Shown here in pieces: positions 60,589 through 64,000 of a stretch of 64,000 nt of DNA. The stretch lies in contig JAZDMS010000024.1 of NCBI GenBank assembly GCA_043800705.1, forward strand, positions 14,546 through 78,545. The letters are read 5' to 3'. The position numbers and the translations under genes were made by a program. A model generated the notes under the pieces. The model was not told the origin of the DNA, did not search any database, and worked only from the letters and a program-made list of their open reading frames with translations. The DNA comes from Candidatus Altiarchaeota archaeon (GTDB lineage Archaea; Altiarchaeota; Altiarchaeia; IMC4; SCGC-AAA252-I15). Position 1 is the stretch's first letter. Each line of letters begins with the position of its first letter.

Positions 60589-61154
60589 CGCTTGAACTGT
60601 TGAAGGAGACTCTCGAAAAGGCCCCCACCATCAGGCGAGGACCGTACGACTATTTCATCCATCCGCTCACGGACAGCGTGCCTCCGCTTCAGCCGATGCT
60701 AGTCAGGGAGGTATGCGAAAGCATAAAGAAGCACGCACGCCTGGATTCCGACTACATCCTGACGATGGAGGCCATGGGGATACACATCTCGGCGGTCCTT
60801 TCACAGATGACGGGACTGCCGATGAACATTATAAGGAAACGGCGATACGGCCTGCCGGGGGAGATAGTCCTCGACCAGAGCACCGGCTACAGCAGGGGGG
60901 AGATGTACCTGAACGGCGTAAAGAAAGGCGACCGCATAACGATAGTCGACGCCGTCATCAGCACCGGCGGCACGATGATAGCGACCATCAAGGCGCTCAA
61001 GAAGGCAGGGGCAACCGTGCAGGACGCCATCTGCGCCATAGAACGCGGCGACGGCGTGGAAAAAGTCAGGCAGGCGACCGGAATAACCGTCAAAACGCTC
61101 GTAAAGATCGAAGTCGGGAAAAAGGTGGACGTCGTAAAGACCATAGATTCATAA
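60585..61154 (+). CDS. hpt: archaeal hypoxanthine/guanine phosphoribosyltransferase
   Basis: YFIHPLTD.VP, EAMGI, RKR.YGL.GE, TGYS, VDAVISTGGT. Confidence 0.9.
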   Translation: MTLELLKETLEKAPTIRRGPYDYFIHPLTDSVPPLQPMLVREVCESIKKHARLDSDYILTMEAMGIHISAVLSQMTGLPMNIIRKRRYGLPGEIVLDQSTGYSRGEMYLNGVKKGDRITIVDAVISTGGTMIATIKALKKAGATVQDAICAIERGDGVEKVRQATGITVKTLVKIEVGKKVDVVKTIDS

Positions 61155-61177
61155 ACACATACGCTGAAGATATAAAG

Positions 61178-61465
61178 ATGCCAGCGACAGTGGAAAACCC
61201 AGAAAGGCTTAAGCCCCAGCTCGACATGGCGCCGCCGATCGCAGCCACCTACGCAGTCGAAGCCTCCCAGAGGCTTCTGCCCGTGACGGACATGGTCTCA
61301 AGAGCGGCCATAGGGCGCAGCAACGCGAATGTCAGCCTGCTTCTGCAGAACGCATTGAGAAGCACCCTGAAACTGTCAAAGACCCTTTTCGGAAAGGTGT
61401 CGCTCAATACCTTCCAATCCCTGAGGGGCATGGCCAGCGTACCGATCAAGACAAGGGGTAAATAA
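61178..61465 (+). CDS. hypothetical protein (possibly N-terminal part of next ORF)
   Basis: 95-aa ORF from ATG 61178. Confidence 0.45.
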   Translation: MPATVENPERLKPQLDMAPPIAATYAVEASQRLLPVTDMVSRAAIGRSNANVSLLLQNALRSTLKLSKTLFGKVSLNTFQSLRGMASVPIKTRGK

Positions 61466-61466
61466 A

Positions 61467-62243
61467 GTGGACGAGCCTACGGACCGCGCACTCAAACTGC
61501 AGGGACTCAAAAGGGCCGAATATGACTCGATGAGCCAGGAGGGGAAGGCAGTCGTAGCATCAAGGAGCAGGAGGCTGACGGAGATCGCCGACATATCCTT
61601 GGCTGCGGAGCTTTTAAACACCCTCGCCGAAGCCGACGAAAGCAGCAAAGCTTACATCGCCGAAGCCCTCGAAGGCAAACACCCCGCCTTCAACGAGAAC
61701 ATAAGGCTCCTGATAGACGAATACCTCGACGCCATGGTGGACACGAGCATCAAGGACTACTACAAGATAAGATACGCCGGGAAAAATGGCATCTTGGCCG
61801 AATCCATCGATGGCGAAACCGCAGACATCAGGCCACCAAGAGAGGAGATATCGTCAGTTGCACAGTCGATCGACACTAAGATCGAAGCAGCCGCATCTGC
61901 CAAGCCTCCGGAGGCCAGCCAGCCCGCGGCAGACGCGGAACCGGCGACCGCTCCAATCCCTGAAGACCCGCTCATAAGAAGCAGGAAGATAGCCGTGATC
62001 CTGTCACGATGGGAGAAGCGCGACGTCGACAGAATCATGAAATCCGAATCCGACATCATATCAACCATCATGACAATCACGGACCAGTCGCAGGCAGACG
62101 GGATCACCGATGAGATCGTATGCAAAGCCGCCGAAACCATGATAAAAAACGGCACAAACGGGATACAATTCTACGCGGAAGCGATTTCTCCAGTCAATAG
62201 GGAGCTTCTCATTGAGACGGCCAAGGCATTCAAGCAACCGTAA
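61467..62243 (+). CDS. hypothetical protein
   Basis: 258-aa helical ORF with Ala/Pro linker; GTG start is weak. Confidence 0.6.
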   Translation: MDEPTDRALKLQGLKRAEYDSMSQEGKAVVASRSRRLTEIADISLAAELLNTLAEADESSKAYIAEALEGKHPAFNENIRLLIDEYLDAMVDTSIKDYYKIRYAGKNGILAESIDGETADIRPPREEISSVAQSIDTKIEAAASAKPPEASQPAADAEPATAPIPEDPLIRSRKIAVILSRWEKRDVDRIMKSESDIISTIMTITDQSQADGITDEIVCKAAETMIKNGTNGIQFYAEAISPVNRELLIETAKAFKQP

Positions 62244-62297
62244 GCTTTAAATAGACGAAACAAATAAGGATTTGGGCCGAATTCTAGGGTGAATTTG

Positions 62298-62933
62298 ATG
62301 TCTAAAGACGATAAACAGGAGCCGGAGTGCCTAATCGACCTCATCAAGAGACGCAGGACCTGCAGGTTCTTCAAACCGGTCTGCGAAGTCCCAGACAAGG
62401 ACATAAACCTGATATTGGAGGCCGCAAGATGGGCTCCGTCGGCCAGAAATCTCCAACCCATAGAATTCGTGATTGTGAGGGACCCGCAGGAGCTGAAGAA
62501 GCTGTCCGTATTCGCAAGACAGAACCAGCCGATGGAATCGTCAGTGTCCGTGATAGTCATAGGCGACCTCAAACGCGCCAAAGCCGTCGGAGACGTCTCC
62601 CCCCACGACGTGACCACCCACTTCAAGGGCATAAAGATGTTCATATACATGGACGCGGCAGCAGCCATACAGAACATGCTCCTCATGGCGGAAGCGCTCG
62701 GATACAACACCCTCTGGATAGCTTCCTTCGACGAGGACGGCCTGGAGGACTTCATGAAGCTGCCGCAGAGGTTCATACCCCTGTCCATCATCTGCGTCGG
62801 AAAAAAGTCCAAGGACCTGATCATCCCCCCCAAACGCAACCTCAATACGAGGGTGCACAAGGAGGTCTGGAGCCCCAAAGACCAGGACGAATCATACATC
62901 GGCTTCTCGAAGAAGATAAACCGCAGATACTGA
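62298..62933 (+). CDS. nitroreductase family protein
   Basis: I.RRRTCR.F, WAPSA.NLQP.EF, D..AA.QN.LL.A.ALG. Confidence 0.92.
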   Translation: MSKDDKQEPECLIDLIKRRRTCRFFKPVCEVPDKDINLILEAARWAPSARNLQPIEFVIVRDPQELKKLSVFARQNQPMESSVSVIVIGDLKRAKAVGDVSPHDVTTHFKGIKMFIYMDAAAAIQNMLLMAEALGYNTLWIASFDEDGLEDFMKLPQRFIPLSIICVGKKSKDLIIPPKRNLNTRVHKEVWSPKDQDESYIGFSKKINRRY

Positions 62934-62934
62934 G

Positions 62935-63041
62935 GACATGAGTCATGACACTGCCCTAGGATCCAAAGGATACTATAGACATAATCATGACATAAAGCGA
63001 TAAGTATTTAAATGGTCATGACAATATCATATTTGTCATGA
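62935..63041. promoter_or_regulatory. operator-like cluster of four TCATGACA sites around a TATA box
   Basis: TCATGACA at 62943, 62985 and 63016, inverted TGTCATGA at 63034; TTTAAA at 63007-63012. Confidence 0.7.
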
Positions 63042-63469
63042 AAGAAGTGGTTGCTGAGCATCAGAAGGAATTCGAGGAGCTGGTGGGCAGCCTTGCCCAT
63101 TCAACCAACCATATACAGGACCCGGTAGCCATCGGCCTAATGCTTTACTCCATCGCCGAAGAGCGCAAAAGCACCAACCTCATAGTCAAGGAACTCAACG
63201 CCAAAATAGACGGGCTCGTCAGCAAAATAGCGGAGTTCGAAAAACAGCCGGCAGCCGCCCCGGCCCAACCGGCGCCGAACATGTCAGACCGCGACCAGGA
63301 AGTCCTGAGCTTCGTAAGGACTACCGGAAAAGTCTCGGCGGAGCAGATGCAGAAGAAGTTCAAATACCGCGGAAAGAACGCGGCAAGCGCAAGGCTCTCG
63401 AAACTATTCCACGAAGGCATACTCCAGAAGGAGTACGCCGGAAGGAGGGTATACTACAAAGTCAGATAA
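63038..63469 (+). CDS. coiled-coil plus C-terminal winged helix-turn-helix DNA-binding protein
   Basis: Heptad coiled coil, Ala/Pro linker, then SDRDQEVLSFV...AASARLSKL..EG.L.K...GRRVYY. Confidence 0.85.
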   Translation: MKEVVAEHQKEFEELVGSLAHSTNHIQDPVAIGLMLYSIAEERKSTNLIVKELNAKIDGLVSKIAEFEKQPAAAPAQPAPNMSDRDQEVLSFVRTTGKVSAEQMQKKFKYRGKNAASARLSKLFHEGILQKEYAGRRVYYKVR

Positions 63470-63476
63470 CGCTTAT

Positions 63477-64000
63477 TACATCACCCCAACCACCCCCCAC
63501 CTCAGGCCTAAAAACCTGGGGTGGATCCAACTCACAAAAGAAAAAATAAATCACAATCACATGCTGCGAAAACTCGCAGCATGACTCACAAACCGCAGCT
63601 AAAAGCTGCGGTTCGCGATCACATCACCAAGTGATGTGGTAATTCAGCCAACCACCCCTCCACCCCGGGCCTAAAAACCCGGGGTGGAACCGACTCACAT
63701 CACTCCAAAAGTGTGGGAAAAACAAGCCATCCCTCCGCAATATAGGGTTGCGGAGGAATAACGATCACATCACCAAAGTGATGCGGTAGAGCCGATCCTC
63801 GGCTCGCGCGGAAGCGGGTGCCCCCCGAGGGGGCACGCACTGGCCGCCAAAAGAGGATAAAACACGATCACATGCCGCGAAAACTCGCAGCATGACTCAC
63901 AAACCGCAGCTAAAAGCTGCGGTTCGCGATCACATCACCAAGTGATGTGGTAATTCAGCCAACCACCCCTCCACCCCGGGCCTAAAAACCCGGGGTGGAA
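63477..64000. repeat. modular hairpin/TCAC-motif array (continues beyond window)
   Basis: 63556-63689 is repeated at 63867-64000 (311-nt offset, one mismatch seen); a third variant module at 63487-63524; many hairpins. Confidence 0.92.

Noticed and set aside
63477-64000. CRISPR array
   Set aside because: No constant 25-45 nt repeat with unique equal-length spacers; the modules are hairpins duplicated in blocks; no cas genes in the window

Overview
GC-rich archaeal chromosomal segment. It carries PolD DP1/DP2, TFE, Pop5/Rpp14, an archaeal SelB-like protein, ScpA and TATA-type promoters; a DPANN/Altiarchaeota-like source is my inference. Most of the window is housekeeping: DUF2207-lemA-htpX, a K+ channel, a frameshifted Lhr helicase plus metallophosphoesterase, bacterial-type sugar enzymes (gap, fbp, pfkA, fba), grpE-dnaK-radical SAM-dnaJ, pyrD/K/E/F, serA, purine/MTA salvage, a radical SAM-DUF4130 pair, tRNA-Val(TAC) and tRNA-Ile(GAT). 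Many orphan and Cys-rich surface proteins are interspersed. The unexplained structure is mostly non-coding: (1) a coiled-coil/winged-helix gene with a TCATGACA operator cluster upstream and an array of hairpins punctuated by TCAC(A) motifs downstream, running off the window end; (2) both tRNAs flanked by a duplicated 5' fragment joined to the same palindromic element, and by ladders of decayed 3'-end copies; (3) a 120-nt rod-shaped candidate ncRNA with a well-spaced promoter; (4) a heptad (NNNNGAC) repeat family, one copy of which brackets a 126-nt palindromic in-frame insertion in the phosphoesterase gene. No CRISPR array, integrase, transposase or rRNA was recognised.
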